Shown: piece by piece, positions 36,901 through 50,578 of the stretch | Layout: each line of letters begins with the position of its first letter | How positions within the stretch are numbered: position 1 is the first letter of the stretch | Source of the DNA: Prorocentrum cordatum | Lineage: Eukaryota | DNA: 64,000 nt | Assembly (NCBI GenBank): GCA_963575745.1 | Contig: CAUYUJ010000302.1 | Location: 1-64,000, forward strand | Reading direction: 5' to 3' | The notes under the pieces: generated by a model | Told to the model about the DNA's origin: nothing | Seen by the model: the letters and a program-made list of their open reading frames with translations, nothing else | Database searches by the model: none | Translations under genes and position numbers: made by a program

Positions 36901-38790
36901 CGCCCTGGGGGGGGCGGGTGCCGCGGCGGCCCAGCGCTAGCCCCCCCCCTCGCCCCCCGCCGTCCGCATCGCAATTCCTCCTCGCCGCCGCCCGCCCCGG
37001 GACGCCCGACAGTTTGCAGGTGGACATCGACTTGGACATCGGCGAAATGAGCGGCGCGAGGTCGAGCTCACTGGGGAGACTCACAGCAGCGCCGTGGGGT
37101 CGCCCTCCCGCGGCCCCGGGCTTCTCCCCCTCGTAGTAGCCGCTGTCGCTGGGCTTTCCCTTTCGTTGTAGCCGCTGCCGCTGGGTTTCTCCTTCTAGCG
37201 GCAGCCGCTGCCGCCCCCCCTGGCGCCCCCGCGGTGCCCCCGACCACGCCCGCGCAGCGTGGGCGCGAACGGGGCCGTGAAACACCCGTGGTCCAAGCCT
37301 TTCCGGGGGGCGAAAGTGCCGCGCTTGCTTCATCGCGTTAGTCATGGGGCCAGGAGAAAAGATTCGCAATGCTGAATCAACCGGGCGTTCGCCCGAGAAC
37401 TCCCCACTGTCTGGGCGCGCAATGGCCCGCGAAGGACCCGGAGTCGACGCCGACTGGGGAGGCCCAAGTGCAAGATGCGTTGCAACGCGGTGGCCACGGT
37501 GCTCTGCGACGAGATTCGTTTACTGGACCGAAGCGGGCGTTTCGACTGAGAGCCCTCCCCGCAATGTGAGTGCGAATGGGCCCGTGGAACACCCGTGGCC
37601 GGCGCCCCCTCGGGAGGCCCCAAGTGCGGTGATTACCAAGTGCACAGCGGTGGCCTTGGTTGAGTAGGGGCTCGACGGTTGGGCCAGAACGGGCAGTCTC
37701 ATGGAATGATGCCATTCCGGGGTCTTTTGGAGAGTTCCCGGGGTCTCTCTGGGATGCTTCCGGGGGGCATTTTGGTTGGTTCTTGGGGGCGTCTCGGAGG
37801 CCTCTCTGGGGATGTTGGAGCCATTTTGGGTGGGCGACTCGAATTGCCGTTTCGCGCTCCCCAATTTGGGCCCCTCCTCCTCCTGCGCCTCCTCCCTTTC
37901 CTGCCCCCTCCTTTCGCCTCCTCCTCCCCCTCCCCCCCCCCCCCTCCTCCTCCTCCTCCTCGTCCTCCTCCGAGCTGCGGGGGGCGTTGGGGGCGGCGGG
38001 GCCCGCGCAGCCTGGCGACGCCACCGACGCGGACACGCAGGTGGCGCACAAGCGCGCCCTTGACTTCATTACGCGCGCGGCTACGGCGCACCAGAGGGCA
38101 GCCCTTGCCAGCGCGACCGCACGGATGGCGCGTGCCATGCGCAGGCCATGAGAGGCGTGTGTGTGTGTGTATGTGTGTGCTTGCGTGTGTGTGTGTGTGT
38201 GCGTGTAGTGCGCCAGCCTGTTCTGAAGGGCTGCGCGGCCATCGGGCTGACAGGAAGCCCCATGGGCGGAATGTCAGCTGTGGCCTCCTGTGCACTGACA
38301 GCACGCACCACGCACGGGCTGTCGGCTGGGGTTTCCTGGCAGGAAGTACCGCGTACGGAATGTCAGTTTTTACATGGGGCGCCCACAGGGCAGCACGTGC
38401 TATGTGCACGCTGCTGCCAGGGTGGGCCCTGGCTTCATGGGTCCGCCCCCACTTGGCGAGGAACACAGTGCGTCTCCCACCAGAGGCCACTACTGCTCCA
38501 GCCCGTCGCCGTCGACCTGCACGTCAGTCTACTCGTCCTCACCGTGCGTGGCGCGCCCGCGAGGATGGACCTTCACGCTGCTCCGGCGCCCCCCGACAGC
38601 GGCGGGTCAGCCGGGCCCGGGCTGGCCAGCCACAGGATTTGCCCCAATTCTGTGGCTAACCAGTCCGCGGGCTTACTTCGCAACTGGGCACCGAGCTGGT
38701 GGCAGCGACGCAGGCGCGCGTGAGGGGCGCGATCCTGTTGTGCAGGGCCCCAGCACGGCCGCGCCTGATGCTGGCGACGCGCGCCGTCAG

Positions 38791-40583
38791 GTGGCGGCCG
38801 AGCTGGTCACGGTTAACCTTGGATCTCACGGGCCACTGCTCAACTTCCTGCCGCCCTTCTTCGGCAAGGTAGTGATGGTCGAGGAGACGCGGGTGGTTGA
38901 CCAGCGGGCCGAGGCCTTTTCATTTTGCTGCGCGCGATGCAGGTTGGCACGGCCTCTGGGCCCCCGCCGAGGAGACGGGGGGAGTGTCCGCGGCGTCGTG
39001 CTCCGGTGAGGTCTGCGTGCTCGCGCCTGCCAGCGTGATGGTCGCGATGCCCCCTGATGGGGATCATGCCGTTTTTCCGCATCAAGCTGTGGCTGCTCAT
39101 GTCCACTGGGGTGCCCCTGGAGGTTTGATTGTCGTCGGCGTGTACATGGTTCAGGGCATCGGTGTCACTGGGGCCGACATCTCGATCCTATGGGCGCTCG
39201 CGAAGCGCGCGGCGGCCTGGAACGCGCGCGGCCTCGACTGGACCATCGGGGGCGACTGGGGCGCCGATGGCCAGAGCATCAACATTGGCGACTGGGTTGT
39301 GTCTTTGGCAGTCACTCTCCTCCAGCCGTCGGCCCCCGCGTGCATCGCCTCCAACGGAGTGTCCACCATCTTCTTGGTGGCCAGCAATCTCGCGTGCCGT
39401 GTGTCTCGCCAGCCCGAGGTGATACGTGGATTCGGGAGCATTCCCAGACCTCACTACCCAGTGGGGCTGGAGCTGTACGGGAAGGACGCGCCGACGTGGT
39501 GCCGCGTCCCTGATGGGCCTCGTCCGCTGCCTGCTGTGCCACCTGTTGGCTGTGCTCGGTCCCCTTCTCCTTGGCGCGCGTTGGATGGCCTGTTTGCGTG
39601 GGCAGCCTCTGCGCCGCAGAGGGTCACTGGCACGGGCCATGTCCAGTCCAGGCCCGATCGGGGCCGATGCAGGTCCGTCGATCGATGAGGCCCACTTGGC
39701 AAATATAAGCGTGATCGATCGGGACGCGCGGGCCAACGTCACCGCCGTCGGACCTGGGCCCATGGCCAGACCGTCGGCGAGGTCGGTACACCCGATGATG
39801 TCTTGCAGCAGCTTTGGGACCCCGTTCCGCAGGGCATTGACTACGAGATCGCAGGCAGGCGCGACCAAGTTGGCCCTGGAGCCAACCGCCTCGTCGGGCA
39901 CCACGGCCCCCCCAAGGTGAAGTGGCGGCAGTTGCGGTGGGGGCCACCTCGCAAGCGCCTGTGCCACGACGCCGCAGTCTGGGCTTGGGCTACCGCGGCG
40001 CGCTGGGCGACTCACCTTCGCGCCGAGCGTGATCGGGTCCAGCGGTTTTGTCACCAGTTGAATACGGCGGCGGCGCGTGCGTCTCCAGCTCCCAGGCAGC
40101 TGCAGAAGACTGCCAGTGTCTTCTACGACATCTTCCGCCTCCTGGGCTTCAGTGTCGGGCAGGACAAAGTCCTCGCCAATGTCGACCCCTGCTACCGCCA
40201 GTTTTTCTCGCGCGGGCTGGGCGGGCTGATTGCGGAGGACTTTGATGACATGGTAGATGCCATCGTGGGCCGCGCGGAGGCCCTCACTGCCGCGGCCCGC
40301 GGCGCGTCGGAGAGAGCCCGGCGCAGTTGGGCTCAGGCGGCCTTCAACGGGGGAGCGAATGCTGCCCACGCTGCATCGAAGGTCAGGGCGCAGCAAGAAC
40401 TTGTTGCCCCTGAGGCGGATGCCCAACCATGCATCCCCGCGGGCCGCAACATGCCGCAACATGCGCGAGTGGAAGCGGATCTGGGCGACCCATGGGCTGG
40501 AAGAGCTGCCTCCACCCACGGATGCACTTACTTGGGAGGGGCTGCCTGGCCTGACGGTCCGTGACCTACGGCAGGCCATCCGA

Positions 40584-40669
<86 letters not shown>

Positions 40670-43600
40670 CGCCGCCTCGGGGCCCACCCGCGTTCCACCG
40701 AGGGCGCTTGGGCACTTATCAGTTGAGGCTCTCAGGAGTTTGGCCCAGATGTTCGAGGTTTTTGAGCAGCACCGACGGTTCCCCCGTGACCGCCTGCATA
40801 GTCAGATGGTCCGTCTCCCTAAGCCAGATGGTGGCCACAGGTTGATACTCTCATACGGGTCTGGGCGAAAGCACGCCGATGGCTGTCGGCAGAGTGGCAG
40901 CGGCTGCGCAACTGCGGCGAGATGTGGGGTACTCGAGGCCGCCACACATCCACGGCCTCGGCTTTCGCTCGCAACCTCGAGCAAGAGGTGGGAAGCCTCA
41001 TCGGCGACCACGCATGCACCATCCTCCTTGATATGGCGAAGTGTTTTGACATGGTGATCCCCCGTGCGCCCACGCGGGGGGCGCAGGGACTGGGTTGCCC
41101 GACACGCCTGCTATGGATGTTGCTGCAGCTCTACCAGCAGCCACGGCGCACCAGGGCGTGCGGAAGCCTTTCGTGCTCCTTCGTCGCCTTTTAGGGGGCG
41201 CTGGCGGGGTGCACACGTGCTACCTACCTTTTCTATGCGCTGACGACCGTGTCCTCTCGCGGGCCAGCAGGGCGGCGCCGATCATCAAGCCGCGTTCGTT
41301 GGTGGACGACATCGGCCTGCAGATGGTCTCCCCCGACCTCGGTGATGCGAAGCTGCTGCTTCTGGTGCTTACTGCAGAGGCCTGGGGCCTCAGGCTTATC
41401 CTCCAACCTGCTAGGTCCGCGGTGGTGGCTGGGTCAGCGCAGGTCCGCCTTGTGGTGCGTAGAGTCCAGCGGCGGATGCCTCGGGCGGTGCCGCAAGCCC
41501 GACATATGCGCAACCTTGGCCATGAGTTGCATGGGCCTCGGGTGCCAAGGAAGGTCGAGAAGAAGCGCCTGAAGGCCATGCGGGAGCGCAAGCACCGACT
41601 CCTCATGCTGCGTCGCGCGGTAGGGCGCAAGGCCCCCCACCCTGCGGCGGACTGGGCTCACGCTGTCCGCAGGACACGGGGCTGGAGTTTCGGGGTTTGC
41701 GGACGCGCCCCTACGCGAGATGCGCAACTTGGCCGCGGTACTCAACGGGCGCAGTGACAAACACCATGCGGGCGTCGCGGCGCGCCTCCTCACTCGCCCT
41801 TCGGAGGAGTACGATCCTATATATCATTACACGCTGGACCTGGTCTTGAACTACGGCGCCTGGATTTGGGATGGGCGCGCGTCACCCAGTCGCCTTCGCA
41901 GGGCCTGGACAGCGCTCCATGAGCGGGCTGTCCGAATCAGTTGGGCCAATGCCTAAGGTCCCCTGGCCGCGGCGCGGCTGACGCTCAGGCGGCTAGCCTG
42001 GGGCGTGAAAGCGCCCCACATGTTGCAGGGCGACTTGGGCAGCCAGTATGACTTGCACCGCGTGCGCCCTGCTGACCTGCGACCTTTCTTGGTGCAAGGC
42101 GTGCAGCGCTGGCAGCGTGACCGCCTCACCAGTCACGTGTATTCCCCCGCTGGCGCGCCTATCTGGCACCGTGGGCTCAGGTACGCGGTCAAGGGTGTCC
42201 GTGCCGCAAGGCAGCTGGGGGCGCCGCCAGCGCTATGGTCTGACGACGTGCCCATGCCGACCCGCAGGGACATGAAGCTCGGCGTGCCCACGCGTCCCTG
42301 CCAGGCTTGCGGGAAGGCCCTTGCGCCCGATGAATGATGGGGCCATGTCTTCTTGGAGTGTCCCGTACTGCTGACCCGCCCCCCCGAAGGGGAATCTCAC
42401 CCATGGGGCGGGTGGCGACGGACCATGCCCTAGGCCCTGGACCATGTCCAAGGGCCCTTGAAGTAGAGCAGGGTCTAGGCGACCTGCGCCAGCAGGCCCG
42501 CCACCACCTCCAGAGGCGGGCCGACCCGACCCCGCCGTTTTACACCTGCGCCCAGCACCGCAGTACCATGGGGGCCGAGGACGATTTCTTTCCTTGGGTC
42601 GGGCAAGGGGTTGACGAAGAGGTCGACTCTGGGCCACCCGATGGGTGCGACGGCCATCAGGAGGCGATGCGGCTAGACGCGCAGAGTGTTCTCTGTGCGC
42701 CACCGGTTGCTTCGGAACGGAGTCACCTGTTGTCCACTGCGGCGGCGGCCCCAGCCTCGGCGCCTGGTGCATCATGCCGTGGCATCTTCCACCTCCCCCA
42801 GGCGCTGGCTGAGGTGCGCGACCAACTTATCCAAGCGGGCCTTGGATCAGGCATGCCGAATGTCGAGCAGTCCTACCACGTCTTTGGCATGCTCGAGCCC
42901 CCCGCCTATCTGCCACGCGCAGACGCGCGGGGGCATGATGTCTGCCCTTGGGGCGACGCCCATGGCGTTTGGGGCCCCGTTTCTCACGCCGACGGGTCTG
43001 GGTGCGACTCAGGTGTTCCCGAGGTGCGGAGGTGTGGACAAGCTGTTGCGCAGCTTGATCCTCGTTCTTGGCCCCCAGTTAGGGCGCGATTCGGACCCCT
43101 CCCGTACTTGGGGCAGACTGTTGGCCGTGCTGAGAGGCACGCGATCAGGGAGGGGCTCGACGCGTTCCCTGACCACCAGTGCTTCGTCACTGACCTGCTG
43201 GCGCTCGCCCAGGTACGAGAGCGTCGGCGCCCCGAGCTCGAGCAGGGTCGCGCCAAGCATGCTAGAGAGTGGCGAGACATCTTCGCGGCCAGCCGCATAC
43301 GCACCCTGCGGGGCCCCCCCAAGTTCCGATGGGCGCCTGCGCACAGGTCCCTGGAGAAGCTTGCGGGCACAGAGCCGCGGGAGTTGCGTGACTGGCTGGG
43401 CAACGGCCGGGCAGACTACTTCGCGCGCTGCGGCGCGGCCTTTCACGCGCCGGCGGGGTCGGTTGCCGAGGCGGCAACTGCTGCGCTGCAACAGCACCGC
43501 AAGGTCCTGCAGTTCATCTCGTGGGCGGCACTGCAGGTGGCGGCTCGCAAACAATGGGGGTGCGACGTGGAGGCCCCTGGGCCACCTTGCGAGCAGACCA

Positions 43601-44100
43601 GGCGCATTGCGGTGGCACGAAGCACGGACCATGTGCCGGCCTCGGGCGGCACCGATGCACCCAATGCGGAGTCGCGGCCGCAACGGGCTCCTCCCTCGGT
43701 TCGCTGCAAACTCGCTCTCATCGCGTATGTCGGCCTTCGCGCGTTGCCAGAGCCCTCGACGCCGAGTGCTTCCGCACCTTCGGCGAGGGTTGAGTCCTCT
43801 GCAGCGACCAAAGGGCTGGCGTGGCCGTGGGCGCGGCTCCGGCGCTCGAAGGGAACTCGCAGCCCTCGGCTCCCGCGGCCCTGGTGCCACTTGCCCTGGC
43901 CGAGGAGGTAGGGGGCGCTTTCGCCGCGCTTGGGCGCGACGTGCCCAGGGGCAACGACGTCTACTGTTGCAGACGCTGCGGGCCCCACTGCGCTGCGGTC
44001 GATGTCCGCGCAGTGCGGAAGCCTGGCTTGAGGTGCGAAGAGCTCTCGCCCAACGAGTCCACGCGCCGCTCCCGCAGGGTGGCCTCTCTCGCAGCCACGC
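38791..44100 (+). mobile_element. Non-LTR retrotransposon (LINE) ORF2: APE endonuclease, RT, Zn knuckle, RNase H; frameshifted
   Basis: APE: LVTVNL, VMVEETR, VVGVY, TIGGDW, PHYPV. RT: LPKPDGGHRLI, LLDMAKCFDMV, RSLVDDIGL, RNLG. CQAC..GHVFLEC near 42300-42360. RNase H: HADGSG, QTVGRAE, FVTDL, WAPAH, LGNGRADYFA. Confidence 0.85.
40587..40667. repeat. (CT)n tract inserted in frame in the LINE RT
   Basis: LRQAIRS-(LS)n-AAASGP reads through in ORF 40257..41057. Confidence 0.9.
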
Positions 44101-44670
44101 GGCGCGATGATCGACCATGTCGTGATTCGCTGCCGTTCCGTGGTCGGCTGGTGGCGCGGCGTCTGCTTCGGCGGCGTCGCCTGCTTCGTCGGCGGCAAAT
44201 GGGCCTACGTCGACGCGCCCCTGGCTCTCTTCCCCTGCGAGTGGGTATTCTTCCACACTTCTTTCAACCTTGCCCTCTCCGCCATCGCGGCGCGAGGGCG
44301 CCGCGCTGTCGTTCGTCGGTCGCGTCCAGCCGGGGGGCGCGCGTGAGGCGCGGCGCCCCTCCTCCTCCTCCTCTTCCTCCTCCTCCTCCTCCTCCTCCTC
44401 CTCCTCCTTCTCCTCCCCCTCCTCTTCCTCTTCCTCCTTATCCTCATCATCCCTCTCCCCCTGCTCCTTTCCCTCCCGCGCCTTTCCTCCGCGCCTGCAG
44501 TTGTTCCCTCGCCCTTTCGTCCTCGCCACTCACCCCCTCGGCTCGTCGCGGCCCCCCCTCTCCAGACCGCGCGCGCGGGGGGGGGCTGGGCGGAGTGGCG
44601 CGGGCGCGGAAGTCCGAGATTGTTTTGGCGTGGCAGTGGGCAGTGGCATCGATTACGCACTTGCCGTCAG

Positions 44671-44740
44671 GGAAAGACGATCTTCGAGATCATCAAGGAA
44701 GGCAAGGAGAAGCTCAAAGGCTTCGGCGGTGGCGGCGGCG
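44671..44740 (+). CDS. RPLP2: 60S acidic ribosomal protein P2, exon (GKTIFEIIKEGKEKLKGFGGGGG)
   Basis: CAG|G acceptor at 44669-44670. The translation matches the P2 'GKxIxEVIxxGxxKL' motif and continues directly from ...SELE. GT donor at 44741 (phase 1). Confidence 0.85.
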
Positions 44741-45393
44741 GTGGGGACGGGCGCGGGCTGATTTGCGAGAGACGCCGACGCGGTAGTGTTTGGGAGTGCC
44801 CCCGTTTCCATCCTTTGCCTTCTCGCACCTTTCCTCATCCCATCCCCCCCCGTGCCCCTCCTGCCCACTTACACAAGCAATTGTACACGCAAGCCGCTGC
44901 CGCCTGATCGCAGGTTTCAAGTCGTACTTGGGGAGGGTTCTCCCCCCGCTGTGGGACGGGCGGGGGAAGGACATCGGATGAGAGGGAATAGGATGAGACG
45001 GAGGACGGCGAGGAGACAGAGGATCAGGATTGGCCGAATCACGCCACCACCATCGCAAGTGCTCCCTTGATTCGAGGCCCCAAACCACTCCCTGGGTCAG
45101 TAGGAAGCCCTTGGACTACAACAGCCGCCAACACCGTCCTGTCATGCTCAGCAAGCTGGGGACATTCCACCCAGGATGCCCGGACGGAAGAATAACGCAC
45201 TCCCCAGTGTCCCCTCCCTCCTGCCTCTTCCCTTCACCCTCCCCTTTTCCTTACCACACCCTGCCGTTTCCCCCCAATTCGCCCTCTCTTTACCTCCCTC
45301 GCCCCCCTCTCCTGCTGCCTCCATCCTCTCTTTCTCCATCCTGCTCCCACCTCCCCCTCCTCCCCCTCAAGAGATGGACGAGGGGGGGCGCAG

Positions 45394-45458
45394 GCGGCGT
45401 CCCCGCGGCTGGCGGCGGGGGCGGTGGCGGCGGTGCCGCGGCGGCGGAGAAGACAGAG
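45394..45458 (+). CDS. RPLP2: 60S acidic ribosomal protein P2, Gly/Ala hinge exon (GGVPAAGGGGGGGGAAAAEKTE)
   Basis: CAG|G acceptor at 45392-45393 in phase 1, compatible with the previous donor. GC donor at 45459. The Ala/Gly-rich hinge is typical of P proteins. Confidence 0.7.
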
Positions 45459-46014
45459 GCGCCATCGCCAGGGAACGGAGGATGGAGGAGGAGGAAGAGG
45501 ATGATCACAATGACATGGCAGCGCTGCCACGAACCGTATAACATGTGTGAGGGATGTTTGGCCCGGGTCACGAGAAGGGGGAGAGGCAAGATGCGACGAC
45601 AAGCACAGCAAGGTATTGTCTGATAGGAATGGCAGATCAGGGGGACAACATTCGAAGGCAATCGGTGCGGCGATGCCCACACAACCACAAAACGGTATTT
45701 GTTGGATGCAGATGGTTGGCGAATCTGCATGGAATGCGCCGTGAGTTTCACATGTGTGTATGGCCATTGGTCGCCACGAGGTGTTTTGTTCTCATAGGGA
45801 TGGAGGGCCGATAAAAGGGACGATGGAAGGGCGGATTGAGCGATCGTTAACATTTCGAGAGCCACGCGAAGGCACTACGATCGCAAATATCCAGTTGCCT
45901 GTGGCATGACCCGCCACCGTGCCAGCCCAGCATTCTAGGTGGCGACGGTTCTAGGTGACACGGGAGGCCGTCACGTGTGGCATTTCGTGCGGCCAGGGTT
46001 AGAATGGTCGTGTT

Positions 46015-46368
46015 CGTGATGATGGTGATGTTGATGGTGATGATGATACTCATTGTGGTGATGTGGTTGTTGATGTTGTTGCTTATGTGATTATGGTCAT
46101 GATGTTGACGATGCTATTGTTGATGATGGTTGGTGATGAGGATGTTGATGGGATTGGTGATGAGGATAATGGTGCTGATGAGGATTGTGATGGTGGTGAT
46201 GATGGTGATGATGGTGATCATAAGGATGTCGACGATACTGTCCATGGTGATGATGTTGGTGACGATGCTGGTGGTGATGATGATGCTGATGGTGATGGGG
46301 GTGCTGATGCTGATGGCGATGGTGATGGTGGTGATGATGTTGTTGTTGACGTTGATGATGATGATGAA

Positions 46369-46417
<49 letters not shown>

Positions 46418-46514
46418 CTGATGGTGATGGTGATGTTGATGTTGTTGATGACGATAATGCTGATGATTATGCAGATGGTGGTGGTGGTGATGCTGACGAC
46501 GTTGGTGATAATGG

Positions 46515-46554
<40 letters not shown>

Positions 46555-46850
46555 ACTGATGATGATGATGATACGGATGATGATGAGGATGATGGTGATG
46601 AGGATGACGACAATGCTGATGATGATGCTCATGGTGGTGGTGGTGGTGCTGACGACAACGATGATGCTGCTGATGATGGTGGTGGTTGTGGGTGGTTGTG
46701 GTGGTGGTGATGCTGCTGCTGCTGATGTTGAGGATGTTGATGATGATGAGGAGGAGGAGGAGGAGGAGGAGGAGGAGGAGGAGAAGGAGGAGGAGGAGGA
46801 GAAGGAGGAGGAGGAGGAGGAGGAGGAGCAGGAGGAGCAGGAGGAGGAGG
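46015..46850. repeat. (GAT)n followed by (GAG)n low-complexity tract
   Basis: Directly visible. Confidence 0.95.
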
Positions 46851-46954
46851 ACGGCCATCACATGCGACACCTTTCGTCTTCACCTCTATTTGAGGAGCTC
46901 TCATGGAACTCGTCGTTCGTGACGTCTTGGGGCTGTATTAGCCTCCTGTGAGGC

Positions 46955-47370
46955 AGTCTTGGGGGTCCATTGGGGCCGTCTTGGGCCGACTTGGGGTTTT
47001 TCTTACGCCGACGTGGGGCTCTCTTGGACAATCTTGGGGCCGTCTTGGGCCGTCGAAAGGCCTTCTAAGGCTATCTCGAGCCCCACGGGAGGCCCTCTGT
47101 GGCCGTCTTGGGGCCGTCTTGGATGCATCTTGGGCCATCGTGGGACCTCTCGGGCCATCTTGGGACCCTCGTGTAGGGGCCTTCGGGGCCGTCTTGGAGC
47201 CATTGTGGAGGCTTCTTGGGCCGTCTCGAGCTGACGGAAGCCCGAAACGGCGAGAATGCGAAAACCATTCTCCAACCAACCGGAACTCAATGAGTTTGGC
47301 TTCTTTGGGCCCTGTTGGAGGTCCTCTTGTGGCCTCTTTGTGCCCTCCTGGTAGCATCTTGGGCCGTCTT
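46955..47370 (+). repeat. GGGCCGTCTT(G) degenerate minisatellite
   Basis: More than 12 copies of GGGCC(G/A)TCTTG. Confidence 0.8.
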
Positions 47371-49300
47371 GAGTGCCACATTCGGCCGCAATCTCAAGCA
47401 TACTACTCTTAGCCCTTCTCTCCCCTCTTCCCTCTCCGGTCGGACGAAAGGGGGCATGTGGAAAGGGGCGGGTGCAAAATCGGTTGCACGTAGCTTGGTT
47501 CGGCCCAACCGCCAGGCGCCTCTCCTTGATGGCGGCTCCCAGCGCAGGGAGGCGCTTGGGAAACCCGCTGCGTGAGCTGATTCGCTAACCCTCGGTGGCG
47601 ACGCTAGGGGCGAATAGCCCACGGGGGATCCGTACATGTATCCAGGACCTCTTATCGCCCATGTCTTTGACGAGGATCCCAGGCGAATGCATGTAACGCC
47701 TGCCCCTGGTCTATCCGCCCCTAGCGTCTGGCTTGGCCCGAACCCCTCTACTGCCTCCATTCTGTCCGACCTGGCCCTTTGAGCCGACCCCCGGTGCCTC
47801 TCCCTGCGGCTCGATCAGACCAGGATCATCTCGGGACCGCTCCAGCCGCGGCGACGACGCGCCCACCTCAGAAGGCCCACAACAGGAGGAGGGGGAGGAG
47901 TAGGAGGAGGAGGAGGAGGAGGAGGAGGAGGAGGAGGAGCAGGCGCCAGACGGTTGAAGAAACAAATTTTGCAACAACAACGTCCGAACAGTAAAGAATT
48001 CACTTCCCCCTTCAACCCCCTGGTCTTGACATAGTAAATCAATGCGCTCGGGTCCAAAATGTAATCGTTCCGACTCTCTGGAAACGCTTTTTCAAGATTA
48101 AGGCCGGGGTCGCGGGGGGGTTATGCGAAGTGGGTCCTCAATTTTAGTTGCAAAGTTCTCTTTTCAACATGATGATGGAGAGGAGAAGGGCAGTAGCCAG
48201 GTCCCACGGGTCAGCGAGCCCCGCCCATTCCCTCCCTCCCTCCCGCAGCTTAGCACTCAATGGTGGCGCAACTTGAGAATGGGGCTGGCGCTCGTTTCCC
48301 CTAGCGAAAGGCCCTTTCGCGCGGCCCAGCTTCCGCCGACCTGGAAAGGGCGGGAAACGATGGCCACGCATGGGCGGGAAATGAAGTTGAGAAATCCTTG
48401 CGCGACGCTGGGGCGAGAAAACCATTTAGCCTTCTCTCGGGCGGCCAAATTTCCGATGAACGTGTCGAAGACGAATCATGCGTCGCACCAAGATGGCGCT
48501 GCCACTTTCACGCTCAAATGCTGCGGCGCATGGGCGAGGTCCAGAATTTCGACCGTTCTCGGCGACCCACATGGTTCGGCGACCAAAACAATGCGCCGCG
48601 CCAAGGCGGGGTCACCGAGTGGTGGCAATACTTGCGCAGAGCTTGGGCGAGGGCGGCAAGTCGCCCGCTCGCGCGCCTATGCGGCGCCGAGGTGAGAGCG
48701 ACACTTTCGCCCGCTCGCGCGCGACCCCGTCATCGACGGATCGGCGAGCGAAAATGCACGCCGCGCCCAGGCGCGGCGCCGAGGCGAAAGCTTAATTTAA
48801 TTTTCGCGCGGGATGTGCGCCGTCCCATTCTTGCCACGCGTTTTGAAATGTCGACACCAAAACGTCCATATTGAGCAGAACTCCGTCGGCTTTAGTTATA
48901 TTCCCTGATCGCGTTTTGCAGAAGGGTTCTGATAGAGGTAGAGCAGGACCACAGGAGAATTCCAGAAAAAGGGGACGGGGAGCCCAAGGACGTTTTGTTT
49001 GGCAGCCCTTGCGGCAGCCGTTTCGCGTGAGATGTTCTCCCACTTTTTTGGGGAACCGTGCTGTCGTCGCAATGACGGCTACATTTTTGGCCGGGACGCC
49101 TGCGATTTGTTTGGGCTCTCCACAACAAGCACGAAGCTCGTTACATTCATGTTGGCGTGTCGTTCGTGGGTCAAAGGCGGACAGGGACCACAGAAGGGTC
49201 CCAAAGGGGGACGGGGAGCTCGAGGCCGCCCAGTCTGGCAGCTGGTGCGGCGGCCGTTTCGCCTAATTTGTCCTCACATTTGTTTCAGGAAACGTGCTCC

Positions 49301-50033
49301 TTGTCGCACGGCCACGATCCATTGTAAAAGGTGGTCTACGCGACCCGTTGCGCAAAAGCACTCGGGTGCACATGGACGTGATCCTCTCGCCCCTGTCACG
49401 CGGCCACGATCTCTTGTCACAAATGAGTCACAGTGCACATGGCCGTGCTCTCAACCTTGTCACACGGCCACGATCCCTTGCTACAGAAGTGCACTACGGT
49501 GCACATGGCCGTGGTCTCACCACTGCCACACGATTACGACCCCTGGCAAAAAGTACATTGCGGTGCACATGCCCGTGCTTTCACCCGTGTCCCACGGCCA
49601 CGATCCCCTGCAAGAAACCAAACTACAGTGCGGAATGCCATGGTCGCACACCTGTCACATAGCGACGATCCCTAGTAGCAACATACAGTGCGTACGGTGC
49701 ACATGGTCGTGGTCTCACCCCCGTCGCACGGCCACGATTTTTTTGTGTACAGACCACGCACACGGTTTCTTTGTGTACAGACCACAACACGCACATTCAC
49801 ACGCACACACGCACACACAGCACACACACACACACACACACTACGGTGCAAATGCCGTTGTTCTCACTCCTGTCACACGGCCACGACCTCTTATACCAAA
49901 TACGTTACGGTGGTCACACGGCCACGACCCTTTGTACGGTGCGCATGGCCGTGGTCTCACCCCTTTCACATGGTTATGCTCATTTCTCAGAAACTACGCC
50001 GTTGTGCACATGCCCGTGCTACCTGTCACGCTT
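49301..50033 (+). repeat. ~65-bp-period array of a palindromic ~48-bp unit with more variable 16-21 bp linkers
   Basis: Consensus GTGCACATGGCCGTGGTCTCACCCCTGTCACACGGCCACGATCCCTTG at 49366, 49433, 49499, 49563, 49628, 49697, 49846, 49939 and 50004, plus partial copies. Internal stem TGGCCGTG/CACGGCCA. Confidence 0.85.
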
Positions 50034-50542
50034 AGGGATCCTTAGCAACACGTGGGAATGCACGTTTTACCTCCACCAGCCGACCTACTCCTCGATTCGT
50101 GTCTTCACCTTTGCTGCTATGAGGGTGCTTTGGTGGGGTAGTTTTTCGGTCGGCAGGATGGAAAGGCCGTATCTGGTCGCTATCAGCCAGCTTTGTGGCT
50201 GAGTGGGAGTATATACGTATATGGAATGACGATAGAAGGAGGAGGAGCAGGAGGAGGAGCAGGAGGGGGAGGAGGAGCACGAGAAGTGGGGTCATTGGAG
50301 GAGGAGGCGGAGGCAGAGCAGGTCGTGGACCAGGTGGAAGAGGAGGAGGAGGAGAAAGAGGAGGAGCAGGTTGAGGAAAAGGAGTTGGAGCAGTAGCAGC
50401 AGGAGGATATAGGGGGGAACGACAGCGTCCCAGCTTCGAGCCGCTCCTGCTCGCAACGATACCGCTTCCGCTCCTTCCTCTTGAGCTCTCTCCCCTCGGT
50501 CCCTTCCGCCCCCCCTTTGCGGCAGCGCCGCCTCCCGCCCAG

Positions 50543-50578
50543 GAGAAGAAGGCCGTGGTCGAGGAGGAGGAAGAGGAG
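50543..50578 (+). CDS. RPLP2: 60S acidic ribosomal protein P2, acidic tail exon (EKKAVVEEEEEE)
   Basis: CAG|G acceptor at 50541-50542, phase 0. KK followed by poly-Glu fits the P-protein tail. Putative GA donor at 50579. The terminal hydrophobic 'xFxLF' exon was not found in the window. Confidence 0.7.

Noticed and set aside
37820..37832. Dinoflagellate spliced-leader relic (GCCATTTTGG)
   Set aside because: Only 10 nt match and the CTCAAG continuation is missing.
46063..46951. Poly-Asp/Met/His ORFs
   Set aside because: Products of (GAT)n/(GAG)n low-complexity DNA. The same applies to the (GA)n, (CT)n and (CAC)n ORFs elsewhere.
49301..50033. Bona fide CRISPR array
   Set aside because: The linkers are short and related to each other, the repeats are degenerate, there are no cas genes and the context is eukaryotic. 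Kept only as a palindromic repeat array.
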